From: Hydrolagus affinis
Taxonomy: Eukaryota
Direction of reading: 5' to 3'
DNA: 64,000 nucleotides
NCBI GenBank assembly: GCA_012026655.1
Contig: JAAILG010000177.1
Coordinates: 1-64,000, forward strand
A program made the position numbers and the translations under genes. This document shows, in pieces, positions 40,181-53,611 of the stretch. The first letter of the stretch is position 1. Every line of letters starts with the position of its first letter. The notes beneath the pieces are model-generated. The model was not told the DNA's origin. It saw only the letters and a list, made by a program, of their open reading frames with translations, and searched no databases.

Positions 40181-42499
40181 TCATATCCTGCTGCCAGAAT
40201 GCAGTCTAATTGCTGTATTTTCTTGTACATACGCACATTGAATGTTGGCTGCACTTTTTTTTCCATTTCCAATTTTACTGGTACATACACACAATATGGT
40301 CGATAATAAACTGACCATTCATTTGGGTAGTTAGCTCATTTAATGTAATGACAACTTTAAAAAAAAACTCAAGACAATGACAAACTGGAGGTGTTAGAGG
40401 AAACAATGATTTGCCAGTGAAGGTGCTTTTTGGCTGGGAGGTGCATTAACATCAGCGCTGCTGAGTGCATACTCTGTGGACTGATAATCAGCCCAGAAAT
40501 TAGGTTAACGTGTGCAATGTAATCCTTCACATGCAACACATGATATTTAAGTATTCAGTCATCTTATGTTTCCTTCCATGTTGACATCTGAAACCACACA
40601 ACTGCCCATTGCAGTGAAATTAAACTTTCACTTCCTACACATTAGCACCGTTACTGAGGCAAAACATATAGCATAACGGAAGTTTGACCTCTCATGTTGT
40701 TTCAATCAATAGTATTACAGCACCAAATGGCTGTATTCATTCCAGAACCAAGCGAGTGGTTGGCAACAGGAGAGAAGATTATTGGGGAGTGACGTATAAC
40801 AGGAGAAGTTATCGTGGGAGGGTTGCAAAGAGCCTTTTTAAATTCTGTGGTTTCTATGTACAGTATTGTGAATGAATAATTGTCCCAACTAGGTTGCAAA
40901 TGTATATATTGCTGCATCATTTTTACAATGGCCAAGTCTCAAGAAGTGTACATTAGAAGCCAATAACAGATATTGCATTGCAGTCACAAGTTGTATATAC
41001 ACACAAGGAGGATACCATTGGAGATGGATGGAGTTTCAGTTTAAAATAGTGTAAAACAACAAACAATCCATACAAGTAGGAATCTAAAACTCCTGCAGTG
41101 GAGTCAAGTGATAATTTGGAGGAACAACATTCCATATGTGCTACCTATCAACTTTCACAGAGGCATTCTGAGGAATTAGATTATCTGCTTATTTACTGGG
41201 CAAACATGTTGCAGTAGGGTAAAGCGAATATTCCTTTGAGGCAAAAATAATTAACGTTTCATTGCTTTCTGTTAGGAAACACTTAATCAATTGTCTTTAA
41301 ACCAATGTAAAATGTGCATTATGGAAAAGGGCATATCACACGAAGTGAGGTTTATTGGATCCTATATTATTTTGTGTTGTATAGGAGATCATAGTACTGT
41401 ATATTGTTGAATTTTAAAATGTGGGGCTGCTGCACATTCTCCAGCACAAATATAACAGCTCTCATTGGAACCAGGATGCTCCTATTTTTATTTCCTGAAT
41501 TCCCTTTGAAGTCATTTGAAAATTAAAGATCTCAAGACAAAAATAGAACACAGATTTTTCTCAATGCAAGATTTTTTCTGGTGACATGTCCAAGTACATG
41601 GCCAGAGTTATTTGGGGGGGGGAGTAATTAGAAGCACTCAAGTAATTGCCATGGTGCATTTTGTGACGTATACACACACAACTAAATAGCAAATAAATTG
41701 TCCTCTGCCGTCTCTCGTTTAAAAAAAAATCTACAATAAAATAAACGAAAAGTCAACAATATTTTGTTTACACAAAATTCCCAGAGACTTCTCCTAAATC
41801 TCTTTATGAGAAATTCTCCATTTAGAAATTATGAAGCATTGAAGAATATAAGGGTGGTTAATCCTTCACAAATAAAATTTTATAAAATACAAATTTTTAA
41901 AAAGTACCCTGGACCTGTTATCTTTACTGTAGGTTGCTCGCAGCATTTCACTAAAGTTAATAATCTACTTTTTAAAGAAATGATCAACATATTCTCTGCC
42001 AGTGGTCATAAAATGGACTGGAAGGTAATGTGAAAGATTCATTTGCACATTACTTGGGTATTTTGAAGTTTACTGTTTCACGCTCTCTCTCTTTGGAATG
42101 CATCACGTTCTTTGGGAACGGTGATCATTAAACAAATGAGCCACACAGCTGTACCTGAGAATATGTTCTTCACTTCTGTTCCCTCCTTAATTTATTCTCC
42201 TTTCCTCTTGTGCTATGAGTTGCTCGGGCTGCTTCCAACATTTTAAGAGGTGTTGCACAACAGTAATCAAGAAAAAAGCACACATAGGAATAAGCAGCCA
42301 TTTAATTTCAGTTTTTTTTAGGTTTGATTTGCTGTGAATTTAAATGGTAATGATATTGTGACAGATACTGTTCCTTTGATCAGCATGTCCTTCAGGCCAC
42401 ATTCAAAAGATACAGACCATTAAACTCCACCCTTGGCAGAAAAATAATGCAAACCCTGTACTACAGTTGAATGGTGATAACATCATTGAGCTATAAAAT

Positions 42500-42775
42500 T
42501 TGTTGCAAGGTGTGTAGAATTAGCCAGTTTTGTGCGAAAGTCAAAAGTCTAGTCCAGGAGATACACGCATTAACACAGGAAGCTTTTGTGTGGGTTGGAT
42601 GTTCGTGTGACAGGTTATATCCTGGGTATGCAGTAATCTTCAAAATAAATGCAAACCTGGGAATCTCAAAAATGGAAATGTAATTTAAGGTGATAAATGA
42701 CATGTATTCTCAAATCTTAGCACAGACACGATGGGCTGAATGGCCCCCTTCTCTGCTGCAGACTTCTATGGTTTG
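42500..42775 (+). mobile_element. Degraded CR1 3' fragment
   Basis: cagacacgatgggctgaatggcc...cttctatg 3' end. Confidence 0.55.
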
Positions 42776-42805
42776 TGTGTTTCATTTAAACAATTAAATG
42801 TCGAG

Positions 42806-43040
42806 ACCTATAGCTGAGTGGTTAGAGCACTTGCCTCACAAGCAAGAGACTTGGATTTGATTCGCAGCAGAGCGAAACCTTGTGCAAGTTTCCTTACGCC
42901 ACACGTCTGATAATAGTTCTTCAAGGAAATGAATTAATTAGTTAGGTCAGTCAATCCATGACTGTTTATGGGACACTGCTGTGCACAATTGGCTGCTGCA
43001 GTTCACCCATAAATATACAGTCAATTCACTTTACAGTATC
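42806..43040 (+). mobile_element. Young tRNA-SINE lacking its 3' tail
   Basis: Head and core present; homology stops after aattcactttacagtat. Confidence 0.85.
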
Positions 43041-43664
43041 TAAATCATTGATATTCTAATTTCTGACCCACCAGACCTTTCCCTTACTGGCAGGGGGAAA
43101 TTAAATCACCTAATTTTCAGCATTAGTGATAATCACAGAGAAGTTCCTGAACAAGCTGGATGCAATTCACATGAACTTGGTTAATAACTACCTAGTTTTA
43201 CTATCTGAGGTCTAGATATGATGGGATATGACAGCTTTGTCAGAACAGAAAAAGACAGCTTTCTTCACCCTCCATTTACATATCAAGAGAGTGTGTTTGT
43301 TCCTGAACCCAATCCTGAGAAGTTGGCACCTTTCTATCAACTTATTTTACAAGCAAACTTCATTATACTGTGCTGTCATTTCTTCAATTCTACAACTGAA
43401 TCATAAATCTGCAAACAGTTATGTTGACTAAAGATGAAATGGATTAATGGAATAAAATAAATCTATTCTGATTATCAATGCAGTCGGTTTTGTAGGCTTA
43501 CCAACATGTGATTTTCGCTTCATGAATTCTGAACCCGCGCCTTTTCCATCAGCTAGAAATTAGTCTCACACTGTCTCTGAAGTGCAGCCATGGGCTTCAA
43601 CAATATCATGTTGTTTTAATTGCGTTTAAAAGCTTCTGACATTGAAGTTAAATGGATATTAATC

Positions 43665-44005
43665 CCTGTGTTTAATGTAGCACTTTTCACACTGGGAGGG
43701 TGTCTCAAAGTACTTCACAGGAAATTACTGTAAAGTGTAGTGACTCTGCGTTTTGTTGGCCAATGCAGGGCACCTGGAAAAACTCTTTTGAATGACGCTT
43801 TGGGATCTTTAACATCCGCCTGAGCAGGCAGATGGAATCTTGGTTTAATGTCTCACCCGAAGAATAGCGTATCCAGCACTGCAGTACACTCCCAGCACTG
43901 CACTGGCATGTCAGCCAAGACTTATACGTTCAAAGTCACAAAGTAATGGTGTGAATCCATGACATTCTGACTCAAAGGTGAGGGTGCTACTAACTGAGCC
44001 ACGCT
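43665..44005 (-). mobile_element. Old SacSINE1/DeuSINE-like element
   Basis: gggatctttaacatcc...cagcactgcactggcatgtcagcc...ttctgactc...actgagccac. Confidence 0.75.
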
Positions 44006-44819
44006 AATGCTCTAGGTGCAGTGAATTTATTGCTGTAAGTACGATCTTTCAACTGCCAGTGATGACTGTCTGATGATTTTTTTGCTGAGAAATTAGCAGT
44101 TAAGTAGACGGGTTACAGAATAATAAAATTGGCAGATGTGTAGGATCGGTAAGTCGTTGTTTGACAGACAAGAAAGCAGCTTAACTGTTGAACCAGATAG
44201 CGGATTAACTAACTAAATTGCAGTCTAGACATAATTGCAATGGAAGATGTATTCTTTGTATCGTTATTTCAAGGTTTCAATATTCAATTCATGATCATTG
44301 CAACTCGAAAATATAGACACTCTTCAGCTATTACCAGCAGAAGATAAGATTTAAAATCAGGATTATAATTCAAAAGCAAATGAAAACAGTCATTTAGTAC
44401 CACAGATACTGGAGGTTGAACCTCAAAGCTTTAAATTAGAACTGTGACTGGGATGCTATTAATAAACCACTTAAGATTTACTCTCAGGACAGAAAATTAA
44501 CTCCCAGGTTGGATTAAATCTGTGATCTAACTGTGCAATAGCCATGTTTTACTGCATAGGTTTATGGTATTATTGAGTGGTCAAAAATGTTGTGTATAAA
44601 TCTAAGACAATTGACAGTTAAATAGCTCAAGACAACAGTATGAAAGGGTATGGGGAAAAGAGGAGAATAGGAAAAACAAACAAAATTGCATTCGGTTAGC
44701 CTTTCACATTGGGAGGATGTCCCCAAGCACAGATAGTATTTCGGACCTGAATTCGGGGTGAATAGAGGAGATAGCTTGAGCAAATGCCCACCTCTGTGCT
44801 GTTAGCATTCTAATCATTT

Positions 44820-44975
44820 CCGTTTTCAGGTCGTGCTTGAAGACCTTTGTGTTCGACCGCGACTACGGTCACTTCCCCCCTCCCCCAGGCTCGGCCCCGG
44901 GCTCCGCTATTGCGAAACGCTCTGAGATGCCGTCTGGCGTGGAGGGTGCTATATAAATCCAAGTTGTTGTTGTTA
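44820..44975 (+). mobile_element. L2 3' tail, relatively young
   Basis: Retains CpGs; ends gctatataaatccaagttgttgttg. Confidence 0.75.
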
Positions 44976-46675
44976 ATCTTCTACGGGTGACATAAACAAA
45001 ACAGGTGACATATGTGCACATAAAGGATTGTCCATGAGGAAATGTGCAAACAATAAAATGATATGGGCGCAATTATTACCATTAAAGGAAACTACATGGT
45101 GCATGTGGAATGCAGCATTATGAGCAGAAATACTGTAATTCTCTGACAGAATAAAAGTAAATCAGTGATTTTGCTATTACCTTTAATCAGGACAGATTGG
45201 CTCTTGCTGATTCTTATTGACCTGCTGTAGATTCAGCATTTGAGGATTTATTTCAGATTTGCAGCATTTACAGTTTTCCTATTCCTTCCTAAACAACTAC
45301 TTTAATATGATTTAGGGGATTTGACTGCAAATCAAAAGAAGTATTATTGACCTTCGGAAACACACATTTAAAATATTGGGGTTATGTTTGCCAGACTAAC
45401 AACCCCGGCTTTGTTATATTAATTACAGCTTCCAATCGCATGAAAATCTAGTTAATAAACCAAAAAGCCTGCTCACTCTCTGTCTATCTCTTGTCATCTG
45501 CTGAATAGACTCTTGACAAAACCATATAATGCTTTGTTGATGATTTCCTTTGAAAAAGACTTGGATAGTATTACAGCAATGTGTACATACAAGAATAATG
45601 AAATATCCCTTGGCATGCAAACTTTTGTGTGCCATTGGGACCATAGAATGGCATCTGTAGAAAGGAAAAAAAACAGTGCTCAATAATGCTAAGTACTGTA
45701 GTTTGCTCGATTACCTTTTATGTTGTTCAGAACTCTCCCTTGGGAAACCAAATAAATTGGTTAAGATGCTGATGGACCAAATTCTACATGTCTTGTTGAA
45801 GGAACTACTTACAGCTTGATTGTTTGAATAGCCTTATCTGATCTTAATACAGGATATCAGACGGATTTGACTTCACAATATTGTATCCCCTCTAATTCCT
45901 CATTCATTTTTGATGTGTGAACTCAAGACAATCAACTTTGGTCTACTATGTCCGTATGGGGAAGAGGGCATTACAACTCATAAGGGCAATCTTGCCCTTA
46001 TCAGACGTGCTCACAATTTCCATTAAAGCCCAATAGACAGAAATCAGCAGAGTGAATTTTGTGCTCCAATTGGGATCAGCAAAATCTTCATGTCGGAGTT
46101 TTAATTTGCACAAACCATATTGCAACAAAGTCATCATGACTAAAGAGCAATGTCCTTGCAGAATTCCTAAATCTTTAATTTAGAAAGTGCAGCTCTACTG
46201 TGTGTGTTTCTTTCTAGAAATGTGACATTATTAAGTACAATTACTTTATTGTACTTAATGTTGTACAATTACTTTACATAAAGCATTATTGGGAAAAAAA
46301 AATTCCACCTGGGTCCAATTTACTCTATTTATGAAGCATTTCTGTGCCAGAAATTGGAAAATTGTTGAATTCAGTCTCAACTTTGAAGCCAGTTTTCTGT
46401 GGATCTTAAAATAACCAAAATAACAAGTTTCAAAATTATGATTTTATTTAAGAATTTGCCAAATTACGCTAAGTAATGCTAAGTAGATCAGGTCAAGACC
46501 CGACCCAGTTGGAATTTGTATCTCATTACAGCTATAGCCAGTTATAGGAATCAGACAGACAGCAATGCTATACTCATACTGTGTTTACATTAGGTGCACA
46601 GAATATTCAGCCTAGTATTTGGCCCTTTCATTCCATCCACGTCATTTTATTGTGATCAATACATCTTCTCTGGGT

Positions 46676-47320
46676 TAGAACATAAGAACATAATAGGAGC
46701 AGGAGTAGGCCAATCGGCCCATCGAGCTTGCCCCGCCATTCAATCATGGCTGATATTCTACTCAAACTCCAGCTACCTGCCTTATCCCCATACCCCTTGA
46801 TCCCTTTATAAATGAGAAATCTATCTAACTCAGTCTTGAATATTTTCAACGACTGCGCATCAACAGCCCTTTGTGGTAAAGAATTCCATGCATTCACCAC
46901 CCTCTGAGTGAAGAGATTTTTTCTCAACTCAGTGTGAAAGGGCTGACTCCTAACTTTAAGACTGTGTCCCCTGGTTTTAGATTCTCCAACCAGGGGAAAC
47001 ACTCTCCCACTATCTACTTTGTCGTGCCTCTTAATAATCTTATAGGTTTCTATAAGATCCCCTCTAATTCTTCTATGTTCCAGAGAATATAGGCCCAAAT
47101 TAATCAACCTGTCGTCATAACTCATCCCCCTCATTCCAGGTACTAACCTAGTAAACCTATGCTGCACTCCCTCCAAGGCAAGTACATCTTTTCTTAAATA
47201 AGGAGACCAACACTGCACACAGTATTCCAGGTGTGGTCTCACCAGGGCCCTGTATAGCTGCAGCAAGACTTCCCTACTCTTATACCCTAACCCTTTCATA
47301 ATGAAAGCTAACAAATCGTT
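46676..47320 (-). mobile_element. CR1-clade LINE, 5'-truncated, open ORF2 C-terminus
   Basis: LYRALVRPHLEYCVQCWSP...RRIRGDLIETYKI...FTQRVVNAWNSLP are CR1 hallmarks; (TTCTTATG)-type 3' tail. Confidence 0.95.
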
Positions 47321-47904
47321 AGTTTGATCTTAATATGATGAGTATGAATGTGTTCATTGTTTACTTCTAATTGCCTTTTGAATATTATTTCGCTCACAAA
47401 AGAATTGGTGCCCCAAATATATTTTTATTTCACACATCATCAACGTTAAAATTACTTTTTTTCATAGGAGACTTTCAATACCACCTTACCAAGAAGTTAC
47501 AATAAACTGTTTATGAAGAACTCTTCTTCTTGATCCTGTAAACATATTTGAAATTCCATAAAGCTATCCACAGTGTCGGGTTTTGTAATTGATATCTGAA
47601 GACTGATTTTGCTTGTACCCCATGGCAATTTGTTGCCATTTAATCATTTTAAACCAGTTTCACTGAAGTGAACTGGTTTCGTACACAACTGAAAAAGGAT
47701 AATTAAAAACACATATTTTTTTCATCTTGATTATTGAGACTCAGAAATTAAATTTCTTAGCCTCGTCCTCGTAGCCATCAGCCTGCAGCAAAATCCACAG
47801 CTCATTTGTCTCTGCTTTGACAGGCGCAAGGTTTGAAATTGTGGATAATGGAAATAGGATTTGGTGCATGTGCTATGGTGGGTTGTGAGCGCAATGTTAT
47901 TTTT

Positions 47905-48540
47905 AACAATAATGGCAATTTACATTTATATAGCACCTTTCATGTCTCAAAGCGCTACATACAGCTGTCTTGGAGCCTGTGCTAGTGGGAGGAGCTGGGG
48001 AGGGGGAAATGTGGCAGAAAGTCTGGTCAAAAAGTCTAATTTAATGGGCTCACGAGAAGAGGTGGTAATAAAATGAGAGATGTTGTAGGTGTGAGGAAAA
48101 GCTGAGTGAGTGAGAGCCTGATTCCACATGTTAGAAGGATGGTTGGGGTTGACGAGACACCAAGGTGCCCACTACCTCCTTGGGAGATGGTTAGTTTCTG
48201 ACGCAAAAAGGCAGTGATCCTGGAGTCACGGGAAGAGGCAAAGACATAGAGTTAGATGTCATTTGTGTAGATGTGGAAGCCATCTGGATGGCTGTCATCA
48301 ACGACTGGAAGTATATAGAAAAGCATAGACTACAGATAGAGCTTTAAGGAACATAGTATGAGCCTTGCAGGGTCAGGTGGTGGAGCTACTAGAAGAGACA
48401 AAAGAAAGAGCCTGGGATAGGTAAGAATAAAATCATGAAGGGACAGATCATGGAGGTGGAGCAGGGAGGAGAGACAGTGTAGAAGGATGGTGTGATTAAC
48501 AGTATCAGAGGCAACAAAAAGGTTGAAGAGAACAAGGATA
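47905..48540 (-). mobile_element. Degraded L2-like fragments
   Basis: Reverse-complement tail at 47905-47960; gtcatttgtgtagat (YxDD-like on the minus strand) at ~48258. Confidence 0.5.
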
Positions 48541-51500
48541 GCCTATGCTTATTCATTTAATAGAATTCCTCTCAATTCAAAGGCTGCAGGCACTTTTCCA
48601 GAGCACAGTTCACTGACCTGACTACAAAGTACAATTACAAACTTTTCCCTCTGTGAAGATAACTGAGCAGCATTCCCTCCAGGGCTCCTTTTACTTGTTA
48701 GTCACAAAATATATTGATGTATAGGGTCCTTAAGGCAACATAGGCTTTTGCTAGGTTTTGAAATCAATTCAACAGAAGTCTCATTTCCAATAATGATACA
48801 CAAAAGAGAGCCTAGCGGCCGACAAATAATTCTAGTGTTGACACGAAGTACACAAAGTGTTCATTGCAATTTTAGCAACTACGTAGAAGCGAAGAAAGCG
48901 AGGTCATAAGCTAGAGCCTCTATCTTGTTCTATCAATTATTGAAATTTCCATTCAGGTGCTGGGCTGGCTCAAAACAAAGAAACATATTTTTCTCTCTAA
49001 AATGAAAAGCTAAAAATAGTTGTCAGCTGAAACAGTTTAAAAACTTCTGTGGCCACTGAGAGACAAAGATGTCTTGTATAATCTAATAAGTAGTGGCAGC
49101 TCTATACTGTTTCATTAATTGCTATGGTGATCTTAAAATAGAAACTGCTAATTATTCAGAGTTTACAAAAAATGAAAAGCAACTAGACACTGTATTTAAA
49201 GTGCTTATCACTTTCTGCACACTTTACATGTTTCTGCAATGACTTAAGGAACGGCTGGACAACAAACATGGCTCCTTCAGTATTCACCACCCCAACACAG
49301 CAGGAAATTTGATACTCTAAACTGATTGTGTAAGGAATAACACTGCAAATTGCTCCTCATTTTGCAGGGACAATCTTAACATTTTGAGTTGGAAAGGACA
49401 CCAGTTTCCTTACCTCAAATCTAACATGTTCACCCCGTTGCCGCCTGTGATTGCAAGCAATACGTGCAGGAATTGTATGTAGAGGCATGAGCCACTTTGG
49501 AGTCAGTATGAAATCTGTTACTGATGAAAAATGACATGCAATTTAAACTCACCATGTCAGTTTGATGAGCAATTATTGTTTTTATAAAAAGCAATGCAAG
49601 TTTGATGAAATGAAGAGCAGATTAATCCCTCAATGAATAAATTGCCCTCATCTTCAGTTACCTTTGAGATTAAATGCTCTGCAAATCAGTGCCAATCAAA
49701 TGGGCTAATGTGGTCTGTGGTTGCAGGCAGCTAAATTGGTTCAGCCAACGATTGAGATCGAGAAGTTCTGAGTTCCAATGTCAATGGATCTGCCAATCTC
49801 TTTGAGGTCAATAAAATGAGTAACTACAAAAGATAATTTTAGAGCGAGGGAAACGGATTCCAACAAGGCAAGCCAACCAAAGCCAGAAGGCTCTGTAGCA
49901 ATCTGATGGGACTGCTGGTGGTTGTATAGTTGTTGTCGAATCATCAGAAGGTATCAAAGCACTTCACAAGATTTATTGTAAGAATTGGGCTTTGACTGCA
50001 GGTTTGAGGGCATGTCTCTCTGAGTAGCAGGATGGTTCATGATGGACAAGTACCATGCTAGGGGAACTCCTGTTAATTGATGGAACTATTTCAGAGTATA
50101 AAGAATTTTAACATTGATTTAAGCTCCTTAGTGGTAGCCAGACTATCTATTTCTTACAGAATGGGGAATAGCTTACAAGCATTAGAAATTGTAGCTTAAA
50201 GCCCATCAGAAAGAAAACTGATCATGCACTCAGCTGCAAGAATTGTAGAATGGTAAAGCAACTAAACACTATATTTTGAATGTTTTAAATTCAACCAATG
50301 TCTCTAAAACAATGAGATAAGAAGAACGCCTTACTGCATTTACTTTCTCAGTGTACGGTGAGCACAGGCCCATCCTTCATTTGTCTGTGCTGCAAATACT
50401 GAATGTAGATTTCCTAAGATTTCCTGCTGCAGTATTTATTTAAAGATTTTTTAAAAAAAAAACTCAGTCATAGGTCCGAAAAGCGACTGAACTCAATAGT
50501 TTCACCAATGATGACTGCTGCCAGCACAATGTGTCCACACTCACATTTGAATGCAGCTGACAGATACAGGCTGCTTGCAATAAACATAACTTTTCATTTG
50601 GGATTTGTGTAGCACTTTTCACATAAAAGATTGACTTAAAGTACTGTACTTGTCAAATATTGGGGTGGACACCGAGCAGGGAAGCTGGGACATTTAAAGA
50701 TAATATAATCATCCTTGCATTTTACACAGTGAGGTCTTCAGAGATTTTTGGTAATGTGTAAAGACATTTTGGAGCACTTCACCACAACAAATGACACCAA
50801 GAAGTAAATGTTTTACTATTAATCCAGCAAGATGAATTGGTCATTGAAGAGGCAGGTTAGTGGGAATAGCGAGGTAAGAAATAAACATCTGCAGCCCCAC
50901 CTTCCTGATGTTGTGCATTGTCCATCTTAGTTTATAAAAAGGCACAAGGCAGAATGCTGACAACTCAAAGAGCTCTAGAATTTCCGTTTTGTGATACCCA
51001 GAGAATTCCCAACCATAGGTGCACATGACGAATGAACCGCTAAAAAAAGGCCACAGGATGTGGGTAAAGAATAGAAACATTGTCTCTATAAATTAACTCT
51101 AACAGTTGAATAAGTACTGGCAAACAATTACTTTATCACTGTGTTTTACGTGACAAATAAGAATCCCAGAGACGGCAGATTAAAACAGAAAAGCCAATAT
51201 CTGAACATTTTTAACTGAAGCCTATTTATAGTTAATGATTCAGTTTGCACGCAGTCTTAATGCCACAGAGAACCAAATATAGACACCTTACTTAAAAGTG
51301 GTTTTGATTTATGAGATATTAATATGCATATATCAGTTCATATTTAATATGCAAATCATAAATCAGTTTTGCAACCAAGCAACCAGAATGAACATGAATG
51401 ACTTATTTATGCCATTAAAAAGAATGATAACATTTCAATGTTCGCAAGACGGGTGAAGAGGGTTAAGGGAAACTGAAAGCCAACAAACCGTTCCTGTACT

Positions 51501-51634
51501 AAAAGCAACTGACAAATCTATGTCTCCATCAGTTATTTTCTAAATATTGATATTTTTGTGTTCAGCTACGCATGGGTGTGGCAAAGGAATACATACTTTT
51601 TTGTGGATTTCTGTCTCTTTTGTGTTTGAATAAG

Positions 51635-51810
51635 CCTCGAAACTCTGGAAATCTCTCCCTCAATCCTCCACCTTGCCCTCTCCCTCCCTTCCCTACCTTC
51701 AAATCCTGCTTAAAGACCTGCCTTTTGGAATCGTCCTTACAGTCCCTTCTCCCCCCTCCCCCTCCCCTATTGTCAAATTCCGCCACTGTAAATCACTTTG
51801 GGGCACTACA
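51635..51810 (+). mobile_element. L2 3' fragment
   Basis: aactctggaaatctctccc...ccttcaaatcctgcttaaagacc. Confidence 0.7.
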
Positions 51811-52027
51811 CCCCTCTCTCCCTCTATTCTTCCACCCAGGATCTCTCTCTCTCTGTGTCTCTCTCTCTTTCACCTCTCTCTCTATCCCTTCATCCCAGGG
51901 CCTCTCTCTCTATCCCCAAACATCAGAATCTTTCGCTCCCTCTCTGCCCCTTCACCCCAGGGTCTCTCTTAGCCATCCCCTACCCCTCCACCCACTCCCC
52001 CTCCCCACTCACCCGATTTTCCTCCCC
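51810..52027. repeat. CT-rich low-complexity tract
   Basis: ~220 nt, strongly pyrimidine-rich. Confidence 0.85.
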
Positions 52028-52124
52028 GGCATCTTGAAGCGCATTCTGAATGCAGAACTAGATTGTGATTACAGTTTTGGCCTCCAGTGCTCTATTAACA
52101 GCCATCTGTGCTCCTTTTCCGCAG

Positions 52125-52298
52125 GTTGCCTTTAAGCAGCTGCTCTCCTAGCAGGATGAGTTCTGGTGGTTCAGATGAGTTCTTCCAGTCCATGAATCAC
52201 GCTGAACAAACTTTCCGGAAGATGGAGAACTACCTCCAGCATAAGCAGCTGTGTGATGTTCTCTTGATTGCTGGGGACCACAAGATCCCAGCACATCG
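52125..52298 (+). CDS. KLHL4: KLHL4 coding exon 2 (start of BTB domain)
   Basis: Acceptor ctccttttccgcag|G; encodes [11 protein letters not shown]...[34 protein letters not shown]; donor CG|GTAAAG, phase 2. Confidence 0.93.
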
Positions 52299-53474
52299 GT
52301 AAAGTGCATGTTAGATATCACTGTGCAGTGACTTATTGGGTGTATGTTTACCATTCTGGGGATATTTACAGTAACACTAAGGCTGGTCAGCAGAAAGTGG
52401 CTCACTTTGCACCATTTTGCCAACAGTTTAAAAACTTTTGCTTTTTGGCAAGATTGAGAAAAATTGAACATAGTTTAAGCAAACGCACAGAATGCGCATT
52501 TGAATTGATCTGATGTCTCAATAGCATATCTGTTACAAGCCTGGAGGCCAGTGAATCATCGGATACATTAAAATCACATCAAAGAGGACTGATGTTCTTC
52601 TATGAAAGGCCATCTGAGCAACTAAGGTAGTCGGTGAGATATTAGTCAATTTGCAACACGGCTAACATGGATCCTAGTCATCCAGTGGCATATGGGTTCC
52701 TTGTATGTCCCTCGATTCAAATTTGTTACTGGGATTAGTGTTCCGGTAGAACTAAGGGCGAAAGAGATAAAGCAGAATAATGAGTAAAGCGTTTAAAATA
52801 TGATTCATATGGCAGTACTCACTTATGTGTCAGCTGTCAAATAAAGAAGCATTTTAACTTCTTGGCCGTGAAAGTAACTAACTTGTTGCAAAGATGCTAC
52901 TGCTGGTAGAGGGAAGGGAAGTGTGCTCTTTATGTTTAAAATGTCAGTGGAGAAAATGTAGATTTCTATCAGCTTATTTTATAATATTTAGCAATGGATA
53001 AATACAGCTGCACCCACCTCCCTCCCCACCCCCCATCGCACACCCACAGAGTAACATTGAGTGCACAAGGGAATATTTATCTTACACACATGAACAATCA
53101 GAACTAAACTGTTTATAATATTTCTAAAATTAATCCATGATTAATATTATTATCAGACAGTTTGAATATAGAATCCTACATTTCACCATTTATAGCATGC
53201 TATGGCTCAGCCAGCGGAGAGTACAGAAATATTTCACCAGCCTGCATTACAGATCCATTAAATACAGACACTTAGCACTAAATAAAAATAAGTGTGACAC
53301 TAGCTATACGCATATGATAGCAGCAAGAAATAATTCAAATGGATATATCTACAAAGATTATGTTTTATTTTATGTTGCAGTTTTCAGGGTAAGGGTGAGG
53401 AGACTGAAATTCCTGAGCATATATTCATCCATTTTTGTTTTACTTATCTACGATTTTATCTGGATTGCTTTCAG

Positions 53475-53611
53475 GCTGGTCCTCAGTGCTGTCTCGGACT
53501 ACTTCGCTGCCATGTTTACAAATGATGTCCGCGAGGCAAAGCAAGAGGAAATTAAAATGGAGGGCGTGGACCCAGATGCACTTAAAGCACTGGTGCATTA
53601 TGCATACACAG
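53475..53611 (+). CDS. KLHL4: KLHL4 coding exon 3 (BTB)
   Basis: Acceptor gctttcag|G; encodes [45 protein letters not shown]; donor G|GTACC; 137 nt. Confidence 0.95.

Noticed and set aside
45205-45280. Second Penelope-like end as a ribozyme
   Set aside because: It resembles only the distal arm of the 25.4 kb element and lacks the CUGANGA/GAAA core.
46628-47314. 228-aa ORF as a host gene
   Set aside because: It is a truncated CR1 ORF2 C-terminus with no RT core and no real start codon.
51572-52135. 187-aa Pro/Leu/Ser-rich ORF
   Set aside because: Artefact of an L2 tail plus a CT-rich tract that lacks stop codons.
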